Positions 1-13,517 of a stretch of 64,000 nt of DNA are shown here, in pieces. Both the position numbers and the translations under genes were made by a program. Source of the DNA: Octopus bimaculoides (Eukaryota); contig NC_068987.1 in NCBI RefSeq assembly GCF_001194135.2, forward strand, positions 3,220,166 through 3,284,165, in the 5' to 3' direction. Under the pieces are notes generated by a model. That model was not told where the DNA came from, did not search any database, and saw only the letters and a list, made by a program, of their open reading frames with translations. Position 1 is the stretch's first letter; every line of letters begins with the position of its first letter.

Positions 1-7
1 TATATAT

Positions 8-51
<44 letters not shown>

Positions 52-3000
52 GCAATTCATTTCTATTGCGACACGACTGGATGACATCCGTTGCTATTTA
101 AGTGGGCGTTTGCTGGGTCTGTGACAGCCACTTGATGTAGTGATGACAGAAGAAGAATATTCTGAGATTTTCCATTCATAACTAAACCATTATTAAACCT
201 ATTAAGGTATATGGATACTTGTTGCATAAATATGTAATATATGACCCACAAACCTTATTACAACTGCTTGTTGAACAATTCAATGTTTTTGTCCATTAAA
301 ATACAAATACACAAATATAAACCGTGTGTAAATATATTGATACTTCTAAGGAAAACTGGAAGGATATCTCTAAGAATATCATTTTTTCCGATCCAAAACT
401 GGAATCGGGAAAAGTTTTAAATTTCTAAACAAAAAGTTCGTCAAATTCCTTTTCAATATATAATCTAATAAGAATTCTTCTCACTCTTTTCGTGATCAAG
501 TCAATAAAAAGAATATGAAAAGAATTCCATCGTAATTTGTTTTGTTTTTGTCACAGAATATCTTCCATTTTCGTGTATTTTTCCCACCTTACATTTTGTG
601 TGAAAACAGGTTCTGGAAAGCGCATGGATTTACCAATTATACTGAGTAAAACGGCGACTACACATGAAAATACGCCGAAAAACCATTGAAAATAATTGTA
701 CACTGAAAAAAAATGAAATACTAACCTTTTAGCAGACATATGAAGAAAGTTCATTGAAAGCGTTAGGCTCTGTCACTTGGTGCTAAGTAAATAGGCCATA
801 AGAATATTTCTGTGGAACTTTAATTAGATACGCGTGCGCACAAAATCCACACATGCTCTTGTTTACCAACTCCCACGAGTATATTGTAGGCTATTTTCAT
901 ATAAAGATTTCACTCTTTTTGGACAAAGAAAGAAAAGAAAAAGGTAATACCTAAGAGTAAACAAACTCATTAATTGTCAAAATGAAGTTGATAACCCTGG
1001 ATGAATTTATGAGTTAAAACAGCATATAAGAAAAAAAAAAAACGAAAAGATATGAAAACGTTATTTATAACACAAGGAAATATAGATTTGCTTTAATGGG
1101 AAGAAAATTGCTCCAACATGGCCTGTTAACCTTGATGATCAAAACCAAAAAAATATAAAAATCCAAGCCCACACAATAATATTTCTTAAGTTCAATGAAA
1201 ATGAAAGAATATATTTCTTAAATTACACAGATAAAAGAATTCTAAGAAGAGGAAAAAATATTTATATACAAAAGTAAAGACGAGGAAACAGATGGGAACC
1301 GAATCTATAAACAGAAGCCATAGAAAGATAACTAATTTAAGCTGTTCTTTCTTTCTTTCTTAATTAGTCTCATGCCATGTGTTCCAAAATAGGCTGTGCC
1401 CAACATTATCATAAAGTCAGTGTGAATATCGTTCGTGAAAGAAATGCCTTGTTTAAAATATCATATATGCTACATTTACGGATAATGGAGGGAGTGAGGA
1501 AGAGATAAGAGATAACATAAGTTGAACACACGAGAGAATTCATATTTGCGAGAGAATCTAAAGTCAGTAAACTCACAGTTTTCTGTCTATGCTTAGTGAT
1601 GCATCATCAAGATTTCGGTTGATAAATTCCAGTATTTACCATATTAAGAACTTTATCTTCAACACAAGTCTTTCAAACTCTTGTTAAACTTTCTCATTAT
1701 ATAAGCGAAAAAAATTATGGAAGTTAATTATTCACCATTATTAGTTAAGCTAGTGCATTATTTTTTTTTTACATTCGACCTTACACTGTAGTCTCTACTT
1801 CGGCGAGTACAGTGAAGTTTATATGCTTTGCTAATGAGGTCTTAATATGGCCTAAACTACCCAGAGTTGTCTCCCTTTCTCATTGAAAACCATTAAGAAG
1901 CGGAGCTTTACTTCTTTCTTTCTTTTTTTTTTAGTTTGGCCTGAAGGAAGGAGTAGTGGGTTGAGGTTTCCCCCTTCTACCCAATGTTTTGAAGTGCGGG
2001 AGTACTAAAAAAAAGTGGGAGAAAATCCCGAAAGAAACGGAAAAATTCTAAAAGTCCGCCTAAAACCGACAGTTGACATTGTGGATAAGAGAGAGTTCCG
2101 TCGCCACAAGCCATGATTGTATTGACAGGAAGCTACAGATCAAAGAGCTGAGAAACGGGATGGCGCCCAAATGTGGGTTGTTCTGGTAAGTAATCCGTGT
2201 GACGGACACAATCGAAATCTTTGCTGATGTGAAGGGCAATGGCACTAATAATACCAAATTTCTCTCGGAAAAGCCCCCCCCCCGAGAGGAAGTGACTTTT
2301 TTTGTCGTTGCATTTGTTCTTTTCAGCTTTCTAATGCTTCCAGCATCAAACATTAACACTAACTCATCTTTTTTTCTTGCAGATGGCACCTAAGAGTAAT
2401 CTCTATGAACATTATTTCATCCTTACTAACCTTGCTTTATAATTAATTCATTCCTTTGGCTTAGCAAAACATTTAGTCATTCACTTATTCTTATCTTTCA
2501 ATCAGGAAAAAGAACAGAATTCATAACTTTTTCAAAACTTTATAAACTGAGGAATTTATATAACTGAGTGAAGCCTGCATTCTTGCAGGTAGATTAATGA
2601 TGATTAGAGGAGGGGTTGGGAGTTTTAGAGAGAGATGCAGTATGGTGGGGGAACGGATGGAGGGGAGAGAAATGATGAGTTGCAAGATAAAACACAGTTG
2701 GTGGTGACAGATGAAAAGAAGCGAGTACAACAAATAGATTTGGGTAATATGTAACGCTCGCCTGGCACAACTGGAATATACACCCCGCCCCCACCCGACT
2801 GCCAAATTAAGGGCATAAAAGAATTATTTGTAGAATGTTGGTGAGAGAAAATTACTTGATCGTACAAAGAGGTTCCTTCGAATTTTGAATGGTCCAGAAT
2901 GTGTATACGAACAAAGTACACTATGTATGAGTCGAGCAAACCGATCCCAGGAGTTATTCTTTGTAAGCCAAGTACTTATTCTATCAGTCTCTTTCGCCGA

Positions 3001-3941
3001 ACCACTAGGCTACGAGGACATAAACACACCAACATCGGTTCTCAAGCGATGGTGGGGGGACAAATACAGACACACACACAAATATATACGACGAGCTTCT
3101 TTCAGTTTCTGTCTACCAAATTCACTCGTAAAGCTTTGGTCGGCCCGAGGCTATAGTAGAAGACACTTACCCAAGGTGTCACGCAGTGGGACTGAACCCA
3201 GAACCATGTGGTTGGGAAGCAAGCTTCTTTATTTTATGAAATTGGCCATGAAGGCCGTACATAGAGGGGACAATATAAGGTGGAAAATAAATAGCCTCGA
3301 TTCCTGGACCGGACCATGCGTTGTCTTCTTCAGCGAAACACTTCATTTCACGTTGCTCCAGTCCACTCAGCTGGCAAAAATGAGTAATCCTACGACAGAC
3401 CGGCGTCGTGTCCAAGGACAAACATATAGACTCCCCACCCCACCCCGGGAAACTAGCACTATGCTCCTTACGGAGTTTAGATTGTATCATGGTTGTGGAG
3501 CCATCTAATGTGACTCTACTCAGAAGGCTGCAATATCATTTGACAGGAACACGGTATAAAGAAATACATGGAACAAGGTGGTAACTTTAAATACCTTTAA
3601 TGCAACCACATGTATATATACAAGCTGAATGATAAATGGAAATGGTTTGATGCTTGGAGGCCATATTCTTCTCCTGTGCGGAGATAACGGAAAATTGTCG
3701 TCTGTTCGAGAAATGCTTAAAAATTTCCAGACTTAATAGAAATAGTATCAAAATTACCCTCAAATGATAATCTTCTGTTTTCTCACTGGGATCAAAATTC
3801 CTACACGCTGCGTTTGAATTTCGACTCATGCGCTCTAGGTTCGAAATCAGCGCGCATTCTCTTCGATTTCGAATTATAAATGTATATTTAACATTTATAT
3901 AAATAAGTGCATATAAACGGCTATATGTTTATTTATTGACA

Positions 3942-4100
3942 AGGCGTGGCTGCATGGTAAGAAGCTTGCTTCCCAAACACATGGATTTGGGTTCAGTTCC
4001 ACTGCGTGGCTCCTTGGGCAAGTGTCTTCTACTATAACCTCTGGCTGACCAAAGCTTTGTGAGTGGATTTGGTAGACGGAAACTGAAAGAAGCCCGTCGT
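3942..4100 (+). mobile_element. tRNA-derived SINE, family S1. Other copies (approximate): 3085-3230, 4790-4920, 15095-15235, 29175-29340, 33090-33260, 33885-34035, 56770-56880, 62062-62220
   Basis: A/B-box-like head (tggctgcatggt...gggttcagttcc) and a shared ttgggcaagtgtcttctactatagcc core. Confidence 0.75.
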
Positions 4101-4344
4101 ATATATATATATATATATATACATGTGTATTTGTGTGTCTGTCGCTAAATCTGTCAAACAACAATTCTTTTTAGTTGCAAGTATTATTGTATATTGAATA
4201 GGGATACTGGCGGGCCTAAATTCGAATGTCAGTAACATGCCTGTTGTTCTCAACCATTTTTTTTTTTTACCAATGAACCTCTTCGATTCCTATCTTACTC
4301 GGATGGACCCCTCATAACCATTTCACGTTTAAAAATCATATTAA

Positions 4345-4677
4345 NNNNNNNNNNNNNNNNNNNNNNNNNNNNNNNNNNNNNNNNNNNNNNNNNNNNNNNN
4401 NNNNNNNNNNNNNNNNNNNNNNNNNNNNNNNNNNNNNNNNNNNNNNNNNNNNNNNNNNNNNNNNNNNNNNNNNNNNNNNNNNNNNNNNNNNNNNNNNNNN
4501 NNNNNNNNNNNNNNNNNNNNNNNNNNNNNNNNNNNNNNNNNNNNNNNNNNNNNNNNNNNNNNNNNNNNNNNNNNNNNNNNNNNNNNNNNNNNNNNNNNNN
4601 NNNNNNNNNNNNNNNNNNNNNNNNNNNNNNNNNNNNNNNNNNNNNNNNNNNNNNNNNNNNNNNNNNNNNNNNNNNNN
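4345..4677. other. Assembly gap (others at 9888-9909 and 46836-46971)
   Basis: Runs of N. Confidence 1.
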
Positions 4678-5879
4678 TTTTTTTTTTTTTTTTTTTTCAT
4701 GTTTGGTATTTATTCTATCGTTTTCTAATGCAGGAAAGCCAACACCGGTTGTTAAACGGAGGAGGGAGAATAAGTGCATACATATAAGACGGGCTTCCAC
4801 ACAGATTCCGTCTACCAAATTCACTCACATAGTAGTGGTCGGTTCAAGATGCCGTACAGTGGGACTGAACCCGAAACCATGTGGTTGCAAAGCGAGCTTC
4901 TTAATCACACAGCCATTCCTGTGATAAATATTTTTTAAAAAATTAAAAACATAAATTACATAAACACGTCTTGACTGTCCGGCTGCACTTCTTGCAACTA
5001 AACATTAAATGAGAGAGAGAGAGAGAGGTGAAGAATGGTCCCGGGACAGAATAAGACAGCCAGCGTTGCAGTTCAGTTCCAGAAAACTAAAAAAAGAACA
5101 AAAAAATGGTCTGGATTACCGAAACGAACACTTGAGAAATAAAAGTATAGCCACATAAAATAGATTGTGTGAGTGAACACCACATTCGTGCATTTGTAAT
5201 ACATTAAATATAATTATCAGTCCTAGATATGAGTTAGATTTAACTTTGATCTGAAAGACTATATAAAGAATAGTTTCGTTAGCTGTGAATTAATTTCCCG
5301 TTTCCAGTCCTAATTTTTTATCGTCCCCGTCTGCCTGGCACACAAATGGCTCAAATAAACATTAACCAAGAAAACCAGTGAGTCTATATTTAACACCGTT
5401 TCTTTCGGTCATTTCAAACATTTCTTGATTTTATTCGACTTTTATTTATTTTTCAGTTTGCTATAATGAAATTAACATTTAATCAATTATCCTTAATTTT
5501 ATATCAAGGTAAATTTTATCGACTTCATCCGTCGATCCGGTTTCTTTTCCACACCTCACCTGGCCCTTGGCATACCTTTAGCGGACACTCGGTGGCAAAC
5601 AATGATATCAAGCCTCCTACCTGGGTACAAACCTTCTCCTGTCAGTCATAGAAACCCCTGAAGGGGTTATTCACGCTACACTTACCCTGACTACGTCGTA
5701 TTTAAAAGTAAACTTGAATACTTTTTAAGATTTCTTGAAGAATCCCTTCGATATGGTTGAAGATATTCCGTTAGATAATATTTCGTTAAACTTTAATGAA
5801 GCTAATGGTTTCAACTTGTTAACCTTTATGGAGCTAATGGTTTCAAGACTTCTAAAATAAACGATACATTATAGCAAAC

Positions 5880-7252
5880 GAAAATATTCAATATCCGCTG
5901 TAGGTTCCCTGCATATTCATGTTTGTGTATAATATCAGGTAAGGTGCGAGTGCAAGGGTTCCAAAAGCAAAACCGTACAGGTATCCCATTATTTCATGCG
6001 TCCTTTTCTTATTTAAGACGATAGGTGAGTCTTATTTGAAAAGATTAGGCAGTTGTTTCTAGCACGTCCAATATGTCCTTTTCAAAAACAAACTGTTACG
6101 GTGTGATTTAAATGTTTTCCTGTCCAAAGCATTTTCGTAATTTTATCCCAACCGTGCATGCTTATTTTCAGACCTTTATTTAGCCCTCATTTCATATGTT
6201 TTGAGTAATATAAAGCTTTCCTTCCATAAGTCCCAAGCTACTCTGGTTGTCGTAAAAGAATGGGAATGAGTATCATATACGACACATGGCAACCAAGAAA
6301 CTGTTTTGTGTATCATACGTGATAGAGGGGACGGGTTTGGGATGGTGTTGGCAACTGTTTGTAGCATGTTCAGCTGCTACAAAGTGGAGTTGTCCACTTG
6401 ACCAAATAGCAGCTAACATTTCCACATGTCCTTGCATCTACTCTTTACTCCTAGGTGAACTGAAGCTCATAAAACGAAGTGCTCTTCCTTGAACAGTGGA
6501 ACTGATGTTAACCAGCAGACTAAGAGTTGATGATTCAGTACCTTATTCAGTCAGAGATTTCACTTCTACCTTGCGTTTACAATAATGTTCAGTTCAACAA
6601 ACATGATTGGTTAGTTATTATTTCTGGCAGGTTGTGCAACTAACCAGACATGTTTTTGCAGAATGTTTGAAATGAATAATCCTACTTGTATGACAGTAAC
6701 AATCATTTTACAACAATCCCGCTATGTCAAGCGAGGTGACACAAGCATACACAGCCACATATACACATGTATACATGCATATGACCATCCAGGCGTAGAA
6801 TCCATGCCAAAGCTGACATGGAACATGATGTAACCCATACCTGCATTGAAAATAAATGTTAAATGATGATGGGCTTCATTCAGTTTCCATCTACTCAAGG
6901 CTTTGGTTGACTCAACAGTTACATAACTACTATTGTCTATAAATTTAGATATTAACTTTAGATATTTCCAAGACCAATCTTCACCTGTAATCATTGAATG
7001 ATATCTCTGCTATGATTTTCTTATCTTTTTCAGGTTTAAAATCATTTCGTGACTTCTGGCTATTTTGATGGCTTAAATGTTCATAACCCACAGCTTGAAA
7101 GCTACCGATAGCTATTTCGCATCACTCTTAGTGTCAACTCTATGTCTATAACAGAAAATACTCAACTTTGGATTTGTTCTCGTAACTGGAACAAAGGGTC
7201 CACACGAGAGAAACATAAGAGTTTCAAAGAAACGTTTATAACATAGAAATTC
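5880..7252 (+). other. Probable IPP 5' UTR: upstream non-coding exon ending at 5938 (CAG|GTAAGG), spliced to an acceptor at 7033/7034 (tttttcag|G); start coordinate is approximate
   Basis: Strong donor and pyrimidine-rich acceptor upstream of the ATG; no transcript data. Confidence 0.35.
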
Positions 7253-9164
7253 ATGGCAACCTGTATGCAGGAATTACCGAAATCCAAAGCTCTGGCGCAG
7301 CGTTACCTTTCTATCCATCATATGTCTCCAAAAGAAACTAACAGCTATGCATGCCGAGTCTTGAAGAATTTATATTCTCTTTGGCAGGATCAGCTTCTGT
7401 GTGATGTGGAGATCCAAGTTGGCACCAAAACCTTTTATGCCCATCGTAATGTATTGGCTGCTGGCAGTTCTTACTTTAATGCCATGTTTACCAGTACTTT
7501 AGTAGAAAATGACCAGAAAGTCATCACATTGCAGGGATTACAACCAGAATCTTTTCAAAGTCTTCTACATTTCTTTTATACTGGTAAGTGGTCTGTCTTT
7601 TTGCTCTTCTGACCAAAATAATTTTGTTGTAATTTATTTGAAATATAAATGAAAGACCATTATATTTTCTTGTTGTTGTTTAGTATCAGGTCAACTTTCA
7701 TTGAGCAAAACTATGGCCAAAGGCATTCCAGTTGTGATCGCTTTATGCACGTGTGTGTGTCGTAGACTCTGATGATGATGATAGCATTTATTAAGGTTGT
7801 TCAGTTTTTTCCAGTTGATCAAAAGACCGATTGAGTAAACAGAACCATGAACACACCTATAATACATATCAGAAACAGCCATAAGACTGTGAAGCACTAA
7901 TAACTAAATATGGAAAGCCTATTATTTATGCCTTTTCTTGTATATCACTCTGTGTAAAAGGTAGCAGATTAAGAGGGGGATTAACCATGGATTTACAAAA
8001 TTGACTGGTGATGGACTTCAACTTTGGACCTTGCCTTGGGATTACCTGGGGTTCTATACCAATCTGAAAACCTTTTCTTAGTCTGGTGTATTTGTATTAA
8101 CAGATAGCTTGAGAATTATTTTACCCAGATTGATAATCTTTTATCAATAACTCCTCATTTTGATATTTATAGTGCATGCGGCTGTATTGATTAGATTATC
8201 AGGTGTTGTTATACACCACTGATTACAATGCCCTTCCTCGCCTTATTGTATCATTCAAATGATGCTACCTTGCTAGCTAGGTGACCAGGCCAACATTCCT
8301 CCTGAACAGAATGCTATTCCATCACAGGGTGAACCATTTGCAGGTGAGTGGACTGGAGCAATGTGAAATGATGTTTTTTTTGCTCAAGAACACAATCCAT
8401 TGCTGGTTTGGGAATCAGAAACACAGCCTTGCAGTCTCGAGTGCAATCCTCTAAATGTTAGGTCACAGAGCTTTACATACAGTTTGAAAAGTTATGAGGT
8501 TTCACACAAGTAAATTAATATAGAAAAAAAAACAAAATGAAGAAAATATTTTCAGAACTATTTTACCATGGATAAAAAAGAGAAAGTATTTACATATCTA
8601 TACATTTCATCATCATCATCATTTTAACATCCACTTTTTCATGCTGGCATGGGTCAGACGGAATTTGTCGAGGTAGACTTTCTACAGCTGGATGCTCTTC
8701 CTGTTACCAACCCTCAAATGTTTTCCTGCAGGATAATATAAGGTATATACATAAAGCCCTACTTCATCTGATGTGTGCCAACGTGGAAAAAAACAGACAT
8801 TTAATGGTGATGATGATGATGATGACAATGTTTTATAATTATATTGTTTCCTAAATATGTGTGTTTTTATTAATAATTTCAGGTCAAATTGAAGTAAGTA
8901 CTGAGAATTGTCAGGATCTCCTGTCTGCGGCTGACATGTTTGATGTCACTGAAGTGTTGGCATTCTGCTGTGAATACCTCAAACAACAATTGTCTGTTGA
9001 CAACTGCATTGGTATGTAATGGTAGTCTTTGATTTGTCTCATTCCTCTTGATGTACATCTCGTGACGTGGGGTGGCGGTAGGGGAGAAAACGGTTGGAAT
9101 TAGTGAGTGATTGAGGGACTGAGTGTTAGGGCTTGGTATAGAAATGAGGAGACCAAACCATATG

Positions 9165-9198
<34 letters not shown>

Positions 9199-9652
9199 TG
9201 AGGGCAGCAGTTTTAGGGGAGGGGATGAGTTGATTACATCGACCCCAGTGTTCAACTGGTACTTAATTTATCGACACTGAAAGGATGAAAGCAAAGTCGA
9301 CCTCGGTGGAATTTGAACTCAGAACATAGCGACAAGCAAAATACTGCTAAGCATTTCGTCCAGCATGCAATAATGATGATGATGATGATGATGATAATAC
9401 TTTCTACTCTAGAATGAATATGCATGTGTCTGTCTTGCAAGGTACTTGGTGACCCTGTCAGTGCTGGTGCCATGTAAAAAGCACCCAGTACACTCTGCAA
9501 AGTGGTTGATGTTAGGAATGGTATCAAGCCATGTGAGAACAGACAATGGAACCTAGTGTGGCTCCTGGCCTTGCCAGCTCCTAGCAAACCATCCAACTCA
9601 TGCCAGCATAGAAAAAAGATGATGATGTGTGCATACGTATGTATGAATGTGC

Positions 9653-9688
<36 letters not shown>

Positions 9689-12600
9689 TCATCATCGTTT
9701 AACTTCTGCTTTCCATGCTAGCATGGGTTGGATGATTTGACTGAGGACTGGTGAACCAAGTGGCTACACCAGGCTCCAATCTCATTTGGCAGAGTTTCTA
9801 CAGCTGGATGCCCTTCCTAACGCCAACCACTCCGAGAGTGTAGTGGGTGCTTTTACATGCCACCGGCACGAAGGCCAGTCAGGCGGTNNNNNNNNNNNNN
9901 NNNNNNNNNCAGGCGGTACTGGCAACGGCTACGCTCAAAATGGTGTCTTTTACGTGCCACCTGCATGGGAGCCAGTCCAGCGGCACTGGCAACGATCTCG
10001 CTCGAATGTCCTTACACATGCGACCGGCACAGGTGCCATCACGATTTCGCTTTCGCTTGCCTCAACAGGTCTTCGCCAGCCAAGTTTCTGTGTCCAATGA
10101 AGGAGACGTTGGCGTGGGTGCCATCCGTCGAAATTTGTTTGATTTCACTTGCCTCAACAGGTCTTCGCAAGCGGAGTTTAGTGTCCAACGTAGGAAGGTA
10201 TGCATCCTGGCAGAGGTCTTGGATTTAGGTCTCACTTGGCATCATTTAGCATCCATTTTCTATACTGGCATGGATTGGATGGTTTGATAGGAGCTGGAAA
10301 GCCAGAAAGCTGCACCAGGCTCCAGTTGTTTGTTTTGCAATGGGTTCTATGGCTGAATGCCCTTCCAAATGCCAACCACTTGACACAGTATACTGGGTGT
10401 ATTTTACATGGTGCCAGCATGGAATAACAGACATGCATCTTTAGTGAATGAACATTGTACTTGTCTGATTATTCAGCTATTTATGACAAAGTTTACAGTT
10501 TTTGCTGACATCTCCTTTCTCCTTCGTTTCAGGTATCTATATATTTGCTGAAGCACATGCATGTAAAGATGTTCTGAATGCTGCAGAGAAATATATTTAC
10601 AGCCACTTTGCAGAGGTTGAACAGTCTGAAGAATTCTTTGATCTTCCTAAAGAAACTCTAATCCATTTTTTAAGTAGTGAACACTTGCATGTAAGAACAG
10701 AACTGGAAGTGTTTCACCTGGCGCTTAGGTGGCTTCTGCATGACATCACAACTCGGAAAGTATTTATTTGGGATGTCATGTCTCCGGTTCGATTCCCTTT
10801 AATAGCAGAAAACCAACTGCAAGAATATCTTCAAAACTCTTTTGACTTAGGTGATAACGAACACGATATTTCTCTCTCTGTTATTTGCTATAAAATGTAC
10901 AAACACAACAGATTAAAGACGAGTTTAATGAGACCTAGGTTACAAACATGCAAAAATATATATATAATTGCTGGATTTTCTCGACTCCAAGGCAAAAAAT
11001 GGGCCGATGGCGAAACCCTGTCTTGTGTGGAAAAATTTGATACGTTTGAAAAGCAATGGAAAATTATGCCTGACATTGAAGATGCTCGGAGTGGCCATGG
11101 AACTGCTGTGTTTAATAAAAAGGTTTATGTTGCTGGGGGAGAGCATGAGTCATTGATTTGTGACACGGTGGAATGTTTTGATCCGACAACTGGCACATGG
11201 AGTGGAATTGCTTGTATGAATTTTCCTCGTTGTAATCTAGCATTATGTGCGGACAGGAATCATTTATATGCAATCGGAGGCTGGATTGGGAGTGAGTTGG
11301 GGGCCACCATTGAAAGATACGACTCGACACTTGATCAGTGGATAGTGTGTGGTAAAGTAAATACTCTGCGATACGCCATGGGATATGTTGAACATGAAGA
11401 AGGTGAGTGTTCGATATATTATAAGAGGTGAGCAGAAGTTATGATGGCATTAACTTACCATTTTGTCTTTGGTTCCTTCTTTTCATTATATGTAATTGTT
11501 TACATCTGAATCTTCAATTAACAGAGTCATTACTATCAACATATTCTGTGAAATTCTCTCTCTATTACATCCACAGTCTTACCCAGTCTACTTCAGGTCT
11601 CCTCTCTGCCTCTCTTAATACTCAAAACTTATCTAAACTCTTTTACTTCTTAAAATAAATGTTTCTATGCTACAAGGAGACCTTGTTTTTCTTGTTTCCC
11701 TTTGTTCTGAGCATTCTTATAGAGATCCCCCCCCCCTTGTGCTTTCTTTGTTTTGTGTAGCCAAGCACAAATTTTACAGCAACATGACTGAAACAAGTAA
11801 AAGAGTAATAAGTTATGTTTAGAATTTGTACAACGTAGAACTAATTCCATCAAATGAATACGTTTTATTTTATTTTATGGAAACACCATATTTTGTTATT
11901 TTATTTTATTTTAAAATATGATTTTAGGTTTATTCTATTTGATTGGTGGTGCTGATTATTCTGGCATTGAGTTGAAGACTACTGAGTGCTACAACCCTGT
12001 AACCAAAGAATGGACTGTTCTGAGAGATATGCCAACACAGAGAAGCCATGTCGCTGTAACCATCATTGACAACTATATTTATGCTGTTGGTGGCTGTAAT
12101 GAACATGAAGGAGCCCTGGATGTTGTCGAAAAATATTGCATTGACACTGTAAGTATAGAATGATGCATATCTTCATCCAGCCTGTTCCTTATTCATCTCT
12201 GATTCTTTGGTCTGGGATAAAACAGTTTGTTCATTTGTCGACTGTGTTACACTTCTTACTGACTGATTGTAGATCAATCTAAGATTCTGTTTCTATCATA
12301 GAAACGTGGCCCAACAACCACCTACAGTGCTCTCCTACCCATGTTTACATCACAATGCTGCATATTCCATATGGATTTATGTACTTGCTGTATCCATTAA
12401 CATGGGACCAGTGAACAGGATAAATATGGAGGCAGCTGATCCTAACAGACAATGCAAATAAGTGTTTTGTCAACAGAAAAGGGTAGAGAAAATGCGTTGA
12501 TGGTAGAAGCTTTGCTGTTGTGAGCCAGGAGTTTGATGTCAATGAACCTACCATTCATTCTATGTACAAAGTGCTGAGAGATGATTCATTTATCACCCCT

Positions 12601-13517
12601 CCCCCCTCCCCCGTGAAAAACAATCATCGTCATTTAACGTCCACTTTCCATGCTAGCATGGGTTGGACGATTTGACTGAGGACTGGTGAACCAGGAGGCG
12701 ACACCAGGCACCAATCTGATTTGGCAGTTTCTACAGCTGGATGTCCTTTTTAACGCTAACCACTCCGAGAGTGTAATGGATGCTTTTTACATGCCAACGG
12801 CACAAGGACCAGTCAGGCGGTTCTGGCTACAACCATGCTCAAAAGGTGTTTTTTACGTGCTACCTGCACAGGAGCCAATCTGTGGCCTTGGCAACAATCA
12901 CTCTCGGATGATGCTTTTAACATTCCACTGGCACTCTTGCCAATCAGCGATTTTGATTATTTTTTTTTTAATGTTTAAAATAAAGACATTGTACCTGGTT
13001 TCAATATTTTATTTTTTAAAAAGAAGTCACATCTCTAAACAACCAGTGCCCCGTCTTCATGGCCATCCCTTATCAGCTCACAATACCTCCAAGGGGCCTC
13101 TATTGCTCAGGTTCAAAGTCACTACTAGAGCTGCTCCATTTTTCTTAACGAACTTCTCTTCATCTAACACCTGACTATTTGAAACATTATCACATCTTTT
13201 TACTGTTTATAATTCAAAATATTTTCATTACTGAATTCAACTATTTTCCATTTCATTTTTATTTTGTGTTCCTTCAGGACAGCTGGAGCATTATCCCACC
13301 GATGCTGTCCAACCGAGCTGGAGCCAGTGTTGTTGCCGTTGACAACATTATTTATGTCTTTGGTGGCTGGTTTACAGAGAAGGGTCTCATTGGTCAGTAT
13401 ATGGCACCTACAACACATTACACTTCAGAATGTTACAATCCCCAAACAAACAAATGGACAGCAGGTCCTTCAATGAGGACTGGTCGCTGTGATACAGGCA
13501 TTGCAGTTCTTTTGTGA
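7253..13517 (+). CDS. IPP: Actin-binding BTB-BACK-Kelch protein, IPP/KLHL27-like; coding exons 7253-7583, 8883-9011, 10533-11402, 11928-12148, 13278-13517 (1791 nt, 596 aa)
   Basis: BTB domain (LCDVEIQVGTKTFYAHRNVLAAGSSYFNAMF), BACK domain and six Kelch repeats. FSRLQGKKWADGETLSCVEKFDTF and IGGWIGSELGATIERYD match the IPP-specific stretches of human IPP as I recall them. All introns are GT-AG with consistent phases. Confidence 0.9.

Noticed and set aside
4336-4824. Long ORFs containing X runs (also 9786-10287 and 46657-47084)
   Set aside because: Artefacts of N gaps and repeats
9880-9917. caggcggt repeated on both sides of the 22-N gap
   Set aside because: Probably a contig overlap, not a true duplication
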